From assembly GCA_010909165.1 (NCBI GenBank), contig VJWM01000011.1, forward strand, positions 248,001-312,000: 64,000 nucleotides of DNA. The letters run 5' to 3'. Below, one piece after another: positions 1 to 12,770 of the stretch. Position numbers and translations under genes: made by a program. The notes beneath the pieces are model-generated. The model saw only the letters and a list, made by a program, of their open reading frames with translations, was not told the origin of the DNA and searched no databases. This DNA comes from Anthoceros angustus (taxonomy: Eukaryota; Plantae; Anthocerotophyta). The number at the start of each line of letters is the position of its first letter. Positions within the stretch are counted from its first letter, which is position 1.

Positions 1-1471
1 AATCTCGGCAACGGCCTACTCCGTTGCAGACCTTCAAGCTGCCACGAACAGCTTCGGTCAGGAAAGTCTCATCGGTGAAGGAGCATTGGGCCGTGTTTAT
101 CGGGGTGAATTCCCCAATGGAAAGGTTCTTCCTTCTCCACCAAGTTCGTGTTGAATTCCGTCCATTCCTTAAGTAGATATGTCGATGATTCTCCATGTCC
201 GTTTGGGCTTCAGTTTCTCACCATTTCTGTGTCTCCTCAGGTATACGCAGTGAAGAAACTGGATACCACTGCTCCTTTGGTACAAAATGAAGACGATTTC
301 CTGAGCATAGTGGCCAGCATTTCACGCCTTCGGCACTCAAACATCACAGAACTTGTCGGTTACTGTGCTGAGCATGGGCAGCGTCTCCTGGTGTACGAGT
401 ACGTCAGCAGAGGCACTCTGAACGAGACTTTGCACGCCGCGGAGGAGAATATCAAGAGGCTGTCTTGGAACCAACGTGTGAAAATCGCACTGGGTGCAGC
501 ACGAGCTCTGGAGTGAGTGGGATACTGCATTTTGCTTGAAGACCTGTTTACTCTCCATCCTTTAGGACTTCGATGCCTAACACGCTGTCTGTTTGACTTC
601 AGGTATCTGCATGAGGTGTGTCTGCCTGCGGTGGTGCACCGGAATTTTAAATCAGCCAACATTTTGTTGGATGAAGAGCTCAATCCACACCTATCGGATT
701 GTGGAATTGCGGCTCTTACGCCCTTTGGTTCAGAACGTCAGGTAATTGCACTTCACTGCAGTAATTGGTTGTGCCTTTCGATACTTGCCTCAGAAGAATG
801 TGGTCAATTGCTGAGTTTAATGTTGTGGTGGGCTGTCTGAATGTAGGTCTCTGCTCAAATGTTGGGCTCATTTGGGTACAGTGCACCCGAGTACGCCATG
901 TCAGGGATTTACACAGTGAAGAGTGATGTTTACAGCTTCGGTGTTGTGATGCTTGAACTCTTGACTGGACGAAAGCCACTAGATAGGTACTTCCCATCCC
1001 ACTATTGGTCTTTTGATCTCACAAGTTTTAGAGCCCATTTTTCGTCTTACACTGACATCGTTTGCGCGTGGTCACCTCAGCACAAGGACCAGAAGCGAGC
1101 AGTCACTGGTAAGGTGGGCAACTCCTCAGCTCCACGACATCGATGCCCTTGCCAAGATGGTGGATCCAGCCTTGAAAGGAATCTACCCTGCCAAGTCTCT
1201 CTCGCGATTCGCTGATGTGGTCGCCCTCTGCGTCCAGGTGCGTCTCTTGCCATGTTTCCCGTTCCCGTTGTAAGTTTTCTTGTGTCTGACATTCTGTTCC
1301 CGCAATGTCCGGCAGCCGGAACCTGAATTCCGACCTCCCATGTCCGAGGTAGTCCAAGCTTTGGTACGGCTGATGCAACGCGCAAGCCTGAGTAAACGCA
1401 GGTCAGGTGATGACTTGGGGTCTTCACAACGAAGTCTGGATCGTCACGACATCTCGGATTCCTCCGCTTGA
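1..1471 (+). CDS. SRF: STRUBBELIG-RECEPTOR FAMILY (LRR-V) receptor-like kinase, 3' part (kinase domain); 5' end outside window
   Basis: Spliced translation gives [109 protein letters not shown] and [20 protein letters not shown] introns separate exons at ~1-124, 241-512, 603-741, 848-985, 1081-1237 and 1316-1471. HRN and SDCG are typical of the SRF family. Confidence 0.92.
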
Positions 1472-1852
1472 TCAGACGCGTGCCTGCTGCTCTGCGAGCT
1501 CTTCAAAGATTCGCGAATTCCGGATGATCTTCGGAAGGCCTCAGACCTGTTTCGTTTCTCGGGATGCAGCATCTGCAGCAATAAAAATTTGCTCGCTGTA
1601 TCCGGGTGCTGGGCCCGAATGCGCTGGTTGCCAACGATTTCGAGACCAGCATTTATTGGATTCTTCAGCCATCTGTTTACCGTTGTACATCTATGTGTAA
1701 AGTTGATCAGGCAGCGTGGCCTTGAGATTTCTCGAAGGACATTTCTTCGCCGAAGGTGTCTGCTCTCAACGTGGACATTTCTTGGCTGAAGTACGGGTTT
1801 TATTCAACAATTGCCCCGGGGGAAAAGAATGTCAGTAGAACAGGAATTGAAA

Positions 1853-2907
1853 TCACGGAACCTTATCGAAAGGCTGTGTGTCCTTGTAGCATGTGGACCA
1901 CACTCTCCGTAGTGCTGCTTCGGCATCTCGCTGGGGGCAATGAGGATTTTGGGTTACCGAGAACAACGCTCTCCGCTTTACACAAACCTGCCACAGCGGG
2001 GGGCCTTACAATCCAGCCCTGTGCGGCCGGCAGGGATACCAAAAAACTTCAATTACCTGATGTTGGGCTTGAAGGCCTGTGTTTCCTCGTAGAAGCTCCC
2101 GATTCCAATGGCAATCTCCACTTAGGTTTGCGGCTCGGATCTGAGACAAGGGGAGCCACAACGTTGTCACTGTTGAGATTTACGAGCAGGGAAGGAGTTG
2201 GACATCTTGTCAATAACGTGGTCAGTGAAATACGAAGGCTGATGATCAAACACCATAAAATGAAAGCTACCTCACTGCAGGCGTGATGCTCGCAGTTTGA
2301 CCAGTCCAAATTTGCACTCCGACAATGATCATACGCATGGATGAGTTCATGTGTCAAAGCCACGTCCACTTCATCCTGATACGCAACGTGGTTGCTGCAA
2401 ATCACAATCTGAGATCACAGGCATCGGCGGTCAAGTTGGACAGTCATGTGGTTCACAAGCTCCTCAGCAGACTGCACTGGAGCCAGACATGAATTAACAA
2501 GGCTGCAATGCCTTCACTGTATATATACATACTCCGTCGTTCGGTAAGAAGCCTCCAGTTGCCTTGATCGTGCAATTCGTAGGTTTGAAAAACCTGTCTG
2601 GAACGGAGCAGCCAGCTTTCTCGATGGCATCTCTCATGAACTTGACCATGGCATCTGCAGTAAACAGTGCTACGGCATTAGTTCCTCCTCACCACCTGCC
2701 ATCAAGCAAGGCTGCAATCCTCTCCAGCCAATTCGATAAATTCCCTGCGGCCCATAAAACCTAAAATCCGGCTGTCTATCAATCCTTCCAAGAAAACCAA
2801 AACCTCAGCATACTTTTCGTGAGCGACCGGTCGATCATGTCCTGGCACTTCTCGGTCGTCGTCCCGTAGTACGATTGCCCGGAGCTCACTGCTGCAGGGT
2901 CCCCCAT
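1853..2907 (-). CDS. ATP23: Mitochondrial inner membrane metalloprotease ATP23
   Basis: Five exons reconstruct MGDPAAVSS..KCQDMIDRSL / MVKFMRDAIEKAGC..GGF / ICSNH..LTHELIHAYDHCR..DWSNCEHHACSE / IRAANLSGDCHW / CVKRRA..SV..NPHC..CYKDTQPFDKVP*. HEXXH motif is HELIH. ATG at 2905-2907, stop at 1853-1855. Confidence 0.92.
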
Positions 2908-3923
2908 CGCTAGCAAATTTCTAAGACCGTCTCCACAGGAAAAACGCTGCTAGGGCACAAAGCAGGAGCAGAAAGTGCTTAGCGATAGAAGTATGCCGGT
3001 TTAATGGGATTGTGGAATATACGCCAGCCAGCCAGGGACACAGATTTCCTGCACAGAAATGTCCTCAGACAAGCTGCTGATGGAAATTTTCAAGAGACGG
3101 CGGCCATTTCCCAGGCCAAAATTCGAGAGCAGCTGGCATCAACTGCAACCCACAAGGGCATCTGAATCGAACAACATGTCTCGTATACAAAAGTATATCT
3201 TGCACTACATTGCCGGCGACAGCTGATTAGGAGACAGACTGCGAGAGTAAAACTGGCAGTGAGGCGGGAAGTGAGGATGGACGTTCCTTTGTTTTTGTTT
3301 TGCCTCTTTTCCGTGCAGAGCTGTGATTGGCGGGCAGCGCTAGTAGCTTTGCCGCAGCTTCCTTGCTCCACACTGCCGTACCCACGCGAGCTATTTTCTA
3401 GGACAAGTCTTATGTAGTGTATTGGGACGCAGGACAGACCATGTTCAAATTGCAGGATTGACCAGAAGGTTCTTATCTCACCGCGTGGGCAAAAGTGAGA
3501 GTTTAATATGGGCATACGGGACAGAGCTCACGAAAACACCATGAGAGTAGAAGGACAACGAGGCTCTGGTATATCCCACCCCACGAGCAGGGCAAGGCAG
3601 CTAGGTACAGAAACGAGAGGAGGAGGGGCTAAGGAGCCTGAAACAAAAGCACGAAAGACGGGCTAGCTGGGGACCTTCTGGGTGGAGTTCCTTTCCCCTA
3701 GCAAGCTTTCAAACTCCGGGACGCAGGTACTCCCAGGTGTCTGGCAAGTTGCAGACCAGGCAATTTGTGTCTCGGTCAGCTGGGGGAGGGTTTTGGGTGT
3801 CCCTGTACAGGTGAGTGCAGCTTGTTTGGGAAATTGCGTTGTGTCTTGGTTTCTTGATGGAAGGAATGTGCTGACAAAGTGTGTGCGTGTGATGTCCCTG
3901 TGTGGAACGGAATGCGCAGCTCC

Positions 3924-5204
3924 ATGGCTGACGGGAGCAGTGAAGTAATTAGGTTCGGAATATTGGGGTGTGCCACCATCTCGCGGAAGATGGTGAGAGC
4001 TATGAATCTGACACCCAATGTGGAACTGGCTGCTGTGGGGAGCCGGTCCCTGGCCAAGGCTAAGTTATTTGCAGCTACCTATAACGTTCCGCTCAAGGCA
4101 AAGCTGTACGGGAGTTACCAAGATGTTTTGGATGACGAGAGGGTGGATGTGGTTTACATACCGTTGCCAACGTCCCTGCATGTGGAGTGGGTGGTGAAGG
4201 CTGCCGACAAGAAGAAACACGTATTGTTGGAGAAGCCTGCCGCCTTGACTGTGCAGGAGCTGGACATAATGATCCAGGCTTGTGACAAGAAGGGTCTGCA
4301 GTTTATGGATGCCACCATGTGGATGCATCATCCTAGAACTGCCAAGATGGAGGATTACCTCAGACCTGAACTTCTGGGTGAGCTCCGAGAGGTTAGCAGA
4401 CGAGCAATCCCGTCCTTTTGATGGCTTGAGAGTGGAAGCGGAAAGTCTCTTTCTCTTAAGTGGCTGGTGTATGCAGGTGCTGTGGGTGAGACAAAGCTTG
4501 AAGTGTCTGTACCCGGAGTGTCATGACGGTGGAACTCACAATCAGGGCACTCCTTTGTTGTCTTGCAGGTAACAAGTTTGTTTCATTATACTCTGCCTTT
4601 TGACTTCCATGCGAAAGATATCCGCGTTCAAGCAGACTTGGATGGCCTTGGTGCCTTGGGCGATATCGGCTGGTACTGTGCTCGAGCTATTCTGTGGTCA
4701 AACAAGTACCAGCTCCCGGACACCGTCACTGCCCATCGAGGACCTAGGATCAACGCAGATGGGGTGATCACTGGCTGTGGAGCAACTTATTTGTGGAAAG
4801 ACGGACGAGTTGCTACCTTTCGCTGCTCATTCCACTCTCAGAGCATCACCAAATTCACAGTATCAGGAACCAATGGCGTACTGGAGGTGGACGACTTCTG
4901 CCTTCCCCGTCGGGAAGATGCAGCCTCCTTCGAGTTCTACACTGACGGTGCTTTTGAGAGTTTGCAGACAACCTACGTGCATAAAATAGTGACGGAGGAG
5001 GTGAAAACGGGGTTACCTCAAGAAGCTCTTATGGTGCATCAGCTTGCAAGCCTGGTGAGAGCCATCCGCAGTGGCAGTGGGAAACCGGATCCTAAATGGC
5101 CCAACATCACAAGAAAGACCCAGCAGCTACTGAACGCCGTCAAGACCTCCATCCAGTCCGGGTTTGCACCCGTGTTTGTGGCCACAGGGGCCTTGGCGAG
5201 CTGA
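3924..5204 (+). CDS. Gfo/Idh/MocA family NAD(P)-dependent oxidoreductase
   Basis: Two exons (~3924-4391, ~4569-5204) contain IRFGILGCATI, DVVYIPLPTSLHVEW, KHVLLEKP, FMDATMWMHHPRT and DIRVQADLDGLGALGDIGWYC. Confidence 0.9.
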
Positions 5205-6302
5205 GCGGCTGAAACTGAAGACCTGCCCATGAGAAGACCACTTGTCACGTTTGTCAAGAGGCATCCCAGTTCAACATCAACACATCCGACTGTGGAGGAT
5301 GCCTTACCAAACCGTAATTACCTCGATGGAATGGAAGCTGCCCCAGCCCAAGTTCTGTTACCTCTTACTCCATGGGTATCCAGCAGTAAAGGACAAGCCT
5401 TACTTTTGCAGGCTAGAGAACAGCATTGTCTTGTCCAAGAACTCGGAGGCCTGGAAATCCTCCGTCCTGGTAGACAGACCGAGCACGTATTATACACCAC
5501 TGAGGAATGAAGAAATTGAAGTCATAGGACGGCTCCCGACATACACTCAGCTACATGTGTAGAAAGTAGGTGCATATCCAATGTAGTATCTCCACGCAGA
5601 TGAGGGATTGCCATCCTTGAACAAAGCGGAAGAGATCTGCGATATTGCAACATGTCCAAGTGTGAGCGTGTGGTGCGCAGTTGCCGGTCGGGCCAAGACA
5701 GACGGCGGAAAGACGGACCAGTAGCAAATGGGCAGAGAGAGTGGAGTGAGTCGGATTGTGAGCCCCGATTCCGCGCATGGATGAGATTCACGATTCGTGC
5801 TGATTCAGCGCCTGGGCCCCCGTCACGCCTCCTCCACAATCACGTTTTCACCGCCCAGGCCCGACTCGTCTCGGGACATGATGCACTCTCTACTGCCCAA
5901 CAAACAGTCCCAACTGCGACCCAGTTCCAGTCGTGAGCCACACACAGACGTGTCGTTTTGCTCGAGTTTACCAACGTTCTTTTTTATCCGCGCTTGAATT
6001 GCAAGCCGCGCCGCAGGCCACTTCCCCTCCGATCTTCTGCTCCCATTCTGGGCACCCACAAGAAGCCTCCGCGGCCCTCCGGCTGCTGTAGTTTCTTGTG
6101 TCTGCGCCCCGAGCCGCAGCTCTGAATTCCAAGGGCCGGACATTGGTGCGAGCCAACTCCTGGCGGCCGCAGGAAGGGAGCTCCCGGGGTGCGAGATCTG
6201 GAAATGTCTCGGCATGCCAGGCTGCGCGCGCGCTTAGTGGGGGTGGTTTGAATTTTGTGGGCGGTACCCGGAGCCCTGCCAGGGTCTCGCTGTTCTGCGA
6301 GG

Positions 6303-7986
6303 ATGAATCATGTGGAGGGTGTCCTGGATTCCGCCTCGGGGCCCGCGGCCTGGATGGCAATTGGCATTCTCATCGGCTGCTGCTTCATGGCCGGCGTGGT
6401 CCCGGCTGTGCTGCGCTGTTACACTTCCCTCTCCAGGCGCTGCTTCGCATCTAAGAGGTATGCGTGGAGGATAGGATTAAACCCTGGCTTTCGCTGGCTA
6501 CGATGTGAGCGTTTGTCCAGTTTGAATTTCTTTCTTGGGAAGGCTTTTGTTGAGCCTGTGTTGTGTTTTGGGCTTCCAGGAAGCTTGAAGTGAAAATCGA
6601 TCAAGCCGCGCGGAAGGTGGAGAGGGTAACTGTTGCGGACCTTCAGAATCTGGTGCAGGTGTTAGAGGAGAGGGATAATGTTACTGATCCCCCGTGGGAG
6701 CATGCCATTCAGAAAAGCTCGTCCACAGTATCGTACTGTGCGTGGCGCCGGGACCCTAAGGTTGGTTTTTTTCCGATCCTGCAAGCTCATGCCTTGCCTG
6801 GACAGCGCTAGGCACGTTGCCTGTGCTGCTTTTTCTGATGCAGCTTCTTGACTGGTGCAGGATGGTGGCCCTACGCAAGTCCTTAGCACCACTGTGTTTG
6901 AAGATTGCTCCACCGAGCTAGCTCGTGACTTCTACATGGACGGCGAGTTTCGAAAGCAGTGGGACGGCACGTTTGTTACACAAGAGCAGTTAGACTTGTG
7001 CGATGAAACTGGAACGGAGATCGGCCGCATTGTGAAGAAGTTTCCGTTGCTGAGTCCTAGAGAGTATGTGCTTGCTTGGCGAGTGTGGGAGGGGGATGAC
7101 AAATCGTTCTTCTGCTGTATCAAGGTAAAGTTGTTGGACTGCTTGTTTGAGATGGAATAATTTCCGCAAGAAGGTGTCTGGGTTGGCGTTACTGCTGTAT
7201 GACACCGAGTTGGCTTCACAGGCCTGTGAACATGAACTCGTGCCTCTTGCTGCAAAGTTCAAACGGGTTGAGACGTACAATTCCGGTTGGCGAATACGGA
7301 GAGGTGAGGTGTAGCTTTTGTTCTTTGCTGACTGGCCTGGGCTGGCTTTTTGGTTTGCTAATCTAGGATTTCTGGTGTCCAGTGCCTGGAAGGAATGCCT
7401 GTGAAATCAGCATGTTTCACCAGGAAGATCTTTGCATGCAACGGGAGATGGGCAAGCTGGCATTCTGTAGAGGCATCTGGAGCTACGTGAGGAAGATGGA
7501 GACAAACCTTCGAAAGTTTGCTCTGTGTAGAGATGCATGTTGCCAGGGCTGCAGTGCCGTGTCTCTTGCTCAGAAGGTATGCACTGCGTGATCTGACCCA
7601 GATCATCACACCTTAATAATAGGCGTCCCTTATACTATGCCTCGACGTGGTACACTGTCCTGACTCGCTAGCTTCCCCTTGTTGTTCAGGTACCAGCAGC
7701 TGTTTTAGCCTCTGTCTCAGTCAAGGGCCAGATGCCTGGAGCTGCTAGCCTAAAGTTGTCACCAAACGCAAGCCTGAGCACAGGCAATGGTAGTGGAAAC
7801 TACGAGATGACTTCTCCTGTTCGTGAAGCTGTCCTACGAAAGAAAGTTGCGAAGGGATTGATATTTCTTGGTGGAGCTGTAGTCTTCAGCCAGTCGTCAG
7901 CATCCTGGGGCGCGAAGATTGCTGCTGTTTGCCTGATAAAACGATTAGTTCGACCTCAATCTTCATGCAAAAAGATGCGGACTTGA
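6303..7986 (+). CDS. START/SRPBCC-domain lipid-transfer-like protein with N-terminal hydrophobic segment
   Basis: About six exons give YCAWRRDPK / GGPTQVLSTTVFEDCSTELARDFYMD.EFRKQWD / KKFPLLSPREYVLAWRVWE / RVETYNSGWRIR / ACEISMFHQED..REMGKLAFCRGIWSYVRKM. Introns are GT-AG; stop at 7984-7986. Confidence 0.85.
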
Positions 7987-8407
7987 GACAAGAATCCTCA
8001 AATGTGTGTTTGCCGGACATAGTCTGCATTCCACCTTGTACATTACGACAACCCCCTTACAGGAGATATTTCACCTCCGGTGAAATTATACAGTTCAAAG
8101 TGTGGATTCAAATTACAGTACAACCATCCACTGGTTCAAAGTCACAAGGTGCACAACACATCAATAAAAAATGGCAACACAAAATGCCAAAACTAGACCG
8201 GAGAAAATGAGCGCCGCGACTAGGGACTTCTGTTTCGGAAATTCCACCATCAGCTTGTTGCACGAGCGCCTGGGGGCAAAAATCTGCCACAGCGGTTCCT
8301 GGCAGTAAAAACAGTCTACATAAGCGCTGCAACAAAACCTGGTAGCACCACTGCACCTCGAGAACACAGCGCTCTAGAGAGGGGTTAACAACTCACATCT
8401 GACAGAA

Positions 8408-9966
8408 CTAGGGAGCAGGAAGATCCTTCAAGGTGCATTTGCGTTCCTGGAGAAACCATTCTGGGACCAGTTTGGCGGCATGTGGATAGAGATCTTTGTA
8501 AGAACCTTTAATTGTTGTTTCTACAATACCAGATGCTGCAGCAATGTCTGCAGAGCCAAAGATGGTCTGTGTCAGCGCCTCGACACTTCCTGCATATCCT
8601 TTCAGCAGTCAAGAAGGGGGCCAGGATAGCAGTCCAGATGGAGGTCAATCATACCTTTCCCCGTCTTTTGCTCGCCTGAAAGCGCGGCTATCATGTAAAT
8701 TACTCCACATGCAACCGAAATTGGGGTTTTCCTGCAGTAGTCCATGCAAGGGCGGCCTTGTAAGTAAGTGATACACAGCACAGCAGAGGCTCGAAGACAT
8801 CTGTCCGCAGGCACTGCATCACCTGATATCGATTGTCTCCAATTTCTCAACAGCCTCAAGGGTGGCTTTCACAGTGGTCTTACTCGCGTCCAAAACAGAA
8901 CAGAATCGCCTCTGGAAAGACGTGCTCAAAAGTTTGCACATGTTAGGGAGGGCCGGTCCACACTCTTTCGGAAAAGGAAACACGTATCCAGCAATTCACT
9001 TACCACATAGTCCCTGGGATGGAGTGCCGCCATCTCCATGCGCTCACCTGCATCCTCTTCCAGATGCTTCGTAATTTGATTAACTGCTCGGCCAATTTCC
9101 TTCACGGAGACTCCGTTCGCAGCGGTTCGGATCTCTAAAACCAACTAGAAATTTCAGGACGCTCAACTCATTTACCTGGAACCAAAACCCACCAGAAGAC
9201 ACACTGCAAGTAATCCCAACCTTTGAAAGTGCGAGGATTATCTTCTTGTCTACAAGCGAGGTAGAGGCAAGCAGCCAGGACGGCATCCTGATTTTTCCCC
9301 CGGAAAGATTTGAGGTCTGACACCTTCTTGTACACTTCACTTGCCCGATCCTTAATTCACAAGGAAGCGTCCCGTTACACAGCGCCCAGACGTAAGATCA
9401 AGCACTACTTTCGTTGCATCACAAAGTACGCATGATTCACAACTACAATACACCGCTACCTTTATCGTGGTCACCAGTTGCAATCTGCAACCATCAGAAC
9501 GTCGAGTCAACATAACAGCTTAGGACAATTGAGCCAAAACCAACCTCCTCCAACCATCCAATTGAACCCAATATTTTTGTCACAACCACACATCAAACCC
9601 TTCCAGAACGCACCTGTCGGCCATAGTCGTCATAGTTTGGAAAGCAGCGAGCAGGCTCTGATCAGAATTTCGGTCCCGATGCTGCCACCGGCTCAGCGAC
9701 TCCGTAGCGTCGTCACCCCTCGCTCCTCTGGTGGAAATGACAGTGGACAAGCCACCGTCCCTGAGCAAGTGATTGGTGCGGGCTCCCACACGGTTGCGAT
9801 CCTGGGAACCTGATTCGTTGTTGGCGAAGCTTCTCCACTCGGCCGAAGTGTCGACGGTGCGGGCCTCCAGTACCAAGCCACACTCTCGGCACACCGTGTC
9901 CCCCGCTGCATGGTCTTCCACCACCTCCGTGGGAAATTTGCACTCCGGGCACTGAACGTCCGCCAT
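8408..9966 (-). CDS. TFIIB: Transcription initiation factor IIB family protein (divergent paralogue)
   Basis: Zn ribbon [20 protein letters not shown]-finger SAEWRSF..NRVG and cyclin repeats ([39 protein letters not shown]; RRFCSVL; [13 protein letters not shown]; [16 protein letters not shown]). Seven exons with GT-AG introns; stop at 8408-8410. Confidence 0.9.
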
Positions 9967-11236
9967 CCTGCTTTCGCAGATCCTCTGCCTCTGCTATCCT
10001 AGGCCTGCGCCTGCCCCTTCGCCTGCTTCTGCTCTCTGGCTCTGGCTCCTCCCGGAGATGCTAACATACAATCCAACCCGCTTCCGAGCTGCGAAGAGCA
10101 ATACCCACTCGATTATTCATCAGGCGACAGACATACCTCGTACGCATTCCTCACCAGCTCACCCTCCATCGACACCAAACACTTCACGGCCAGCTGAACT
10201 TCAAACAGCAAAATCAAAACGGAAACGGACCAATGACCCACGTTCCAATTGGAACGGAACGTTAGTGCTTAGGTCAAGTATTTCTAATACTTAACTAGCT
10301 TTCTAGGCTAGCTTTCAAATAAATTTCTCACCTTTCCACCTCACACAAACCAAAAAACCAGGATGAGGTAATTTTCAGGTCCGCCCCCACATATATAGCC
10401 TTACCATCTTGACATGGATATTGAATATCTCGACCTCACATATATATTGATCTTTTGGTTCGCTTCCACTATATATATATCAATTAAAAAAATACGGTTG
10501 AAGAATATATTATATATATATTTTATTTTAAATATCATCTTTAATATGTAACCTTCAACATATTTCCGAAAGGAGCTCCAACCAATTGTGTTGCCTTTAG
10601 TGTAGTAGTAGTAGTAAAATAGAGTTCGTTACACGCGGCAGGTATTACAATCGGGAAACCAATGTGCCCTATAAAAATAGGGGCCGAAGTATATGAAAAG
10701 AGCCTATTGATAACTTGTTTCTAAGCGTGTTTGGAGAGGGGTAAGAAAAATACTGAATAGGCTAATGAAAAAAAAAATGGAGTTCTACGCTTTTAAAAGA
10801 CACCACCATTATCTAGAGGCTTGTTGTAATAATTGTAATGCCTGCAATTTCTCATTCCCTTCCATAACATTGAACTGAACAGCTTCATACTATTGTTGAA
10901 TCTTGAATGTGTATTGCCATAAACACTTCTCGCCACGTTGTCATACGCAAATGCTTGAAGACTCCGGAGCTCAGCCCTACTATTGCCATTGTTGTTGGCG
11001 CACCGCTCTGGATGCCTAAACCACTTAGAAGTGACAAGACCTCCTGGCAACTTGCAATGGGACACGATTCATCTGCATCGCCAACGCTCCACACACTCTT
11101 GTACGCAATCGCTATTCAAAGACGCGTTGTGATACAGAAGCTTGAAAACTGTCACACACGCCATCGTCCCTTGTTGCTTTGACACTATTCTGGATGCATA
11201 AACTGCTTGAAGGTGACCACACCTCTTGGCATCTTG

Positions 11237-11444
11237 TGTCAAACTTGTATATTATTGCTTCCTTTGATAAATTCACCCATGCGTGGATAGCAACAAGCAC
11301 GAGAACATGCAAGAGTGTAGTAGATAGCACAAGAGCAAAACAGTGAATGAATATCAAATGAGAAAACAAAGTAACATATGAAGTATCACTATCTAAAATG
11401 TATATCAAGTCATTTAACCCTAACAGGTTATCCAATTAACACTC
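11237..11444 (-). repeat. Probable 3' LTR of the outer minus-strand Copia, displaced by the Gypsy insertion
   Basis: Joining 11444 to 40569 restores, on the minus strand, a PPT-like tract (agattaagtgggag) followed by TGTTAATTGG..., downstream of the Copia RNase H at 41366. A candidate ...TTTGACA end lies at 11237; this end is uncertain. Confidence 0.45.
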
Positions 11445-11942
11445 TGTCATGCCGTGTGATACTAATCTCTGCACTTGGGTTTAGTGCTTGATTAGCATTA
11501 ATTAATCTACTTACTTATCTTTAAGTAAGTAATTGTGTTAATTAATCTAAAGTGTTATATTAGCGTTGATTAGTGTTAATTAATCTAATGTGCTTAATTA
11601 ATCATTGATTAGTGTTAATTAATCTAATGTGCTTATGTTAAGCATTGATTAGTGTTAATTAAACAGGTAGCAATAGCTGGATAAGCTTAATATGCTGGCA
11701 TATTCCTTGCATATTATAATCAGTATTCTTAGGATATTTCCGCATACCGCCAATAGGATATCTTAGGAATATGCCGCTGGTCGATATATGACCCTTCCAT
11801 TGACAAGCTCGATCATACCGTCTCTGACATGCAACGCAAGAGCGCTTTCGGCGAGGCCAAAGCTACGACCCGGTGAGTACGCGTGAGAATCTGTTGTTTG
11901 AGACTGTGCCACACGACGCGAGCTACTCCCTCCCGTTGTTAT
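11445..11942 (+). repeat. 5' LTR (repeat A1) of the Gypsy element
   Basis: Begins TGTCATGCCGTGTGATACTAATCTC and is homologous to ~39819-40443. It contains AT-rich ~44-bp internal repeats with TTAATTAA. It is followed by TGGCGATC at 11946, a possible tRNA primer-binding site. Confidence 0.8.
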
Positions 11943-12085
11943 GCTTGGCGATCCCGCGCACAGACACTGGGGTTCGTGCCAGTTTTGGACGCTGAGCATG
12001 TGGCAGCGGCTACGCCAGCGACGCGAGGCGATGCTACCCAGGCGACGCCAGCGCTAGGCTGCAGGCGACGCTAGCTCTTAAGCAA

Positions 12086-12562
12086 GAAGCCAAGTCCAAG
12101 GCCAGAGGAGGCGGTGGCCTGTCGCATTGTTTGTGCGACCAGCGCAGCTTACCCCCAACTTATGCATGATCTCATGCACGACCCAGCAGGCGATGCTAGG
12201 CGCTAGGCGATGCTAGGCCAGACGCTAGACTTAGGTGACGCTAAGCCACCCTAGGCTTAGCCAGCACGCTAGGCGAGGACGCTAGCCTGGGCAAGAAGCC
12301 AAGTCCAAGGCCAAGGAGAGGAGGCGGAAGCCCAAGTCCAAGGCCAAGGAGAGGAGGCAAGCCCAAGTCCAAGGCCAGAGGAGGCGAAGAAGCCCAAGTC
12401 CAAGGCCAAGGAGAGGAGGCGGAAGCCCAAGTCCAAGGCCAAGGAGAGGAGGCGAAGAAGCCCAAGTCCAAGGCCAAGGAGAGGAGGCGAAGAAGCCCAA
12501 GTCCAAGGCCAAGGAGAGGAGGCGAAGCCCAAGTCCAAGGCCAAGGAGAGGAGGCGAAGCCC
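12086..12562 (+). repeat. Tandem repeat, ~32-35 bp unit gaagcccaagtccaaggccaaggagaggaggc, in the Gypsy 5' region
   Basis: About 8 adjacent copies at 12296-12562 plus one at ~12086. The array explains the repetitive ORFs called here. Confidence 0.9.
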
Positions 12563-12723
12563 ATACCAAGAGGAAGGAATGAGGCTCCATAGGTGGCCTT
12601 TTAAGGCCAACCAACCAAGGGAGAAACAAGAGTATTTTACCTCCGGATTCCTAAGGGGGAGAAGATAGACATGGGTATGTCATCAGTCCATTTGATTTCA
12701 CTTTCTCCAAAAGTCCTAGTTGG

Positions 12724-12770
12724 CACCCCATCCAGGTATCGATCCACCCCACGGTGCTTAACTCTGAGTT
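12724..12770 (-). promoter_or_regulatory. 5S rRNA-derived internal Pol III promoter-like segment (A box to C box)
   Basis: Minus strand reads GAACTCAGAGTTAAGC-(22 nt)-GGATGGGTG, against plant 5S GAACTCCGAAGTTAAGC-(23 nt)-GGATGGGTG. Confidence 0.6.

Noticed and set aside
1756-2286. 176-aa plus-strand ORF
   Set aside because: Antisense shadow of the ATP23 exons; no recognisable motif.
10793-11236. Possible RING or zinc-finger remnant (ESCPIASCQ)
   Set aside because: Too few ligands in one frame; no family can be supported.
12241-12629. Repetitive ORFs (SSPWPWTW / LGLGLG) as structural proteins
   Set aside because: They are open in several frames only because the 32-35 bp tandem repeat lacks stop codons.
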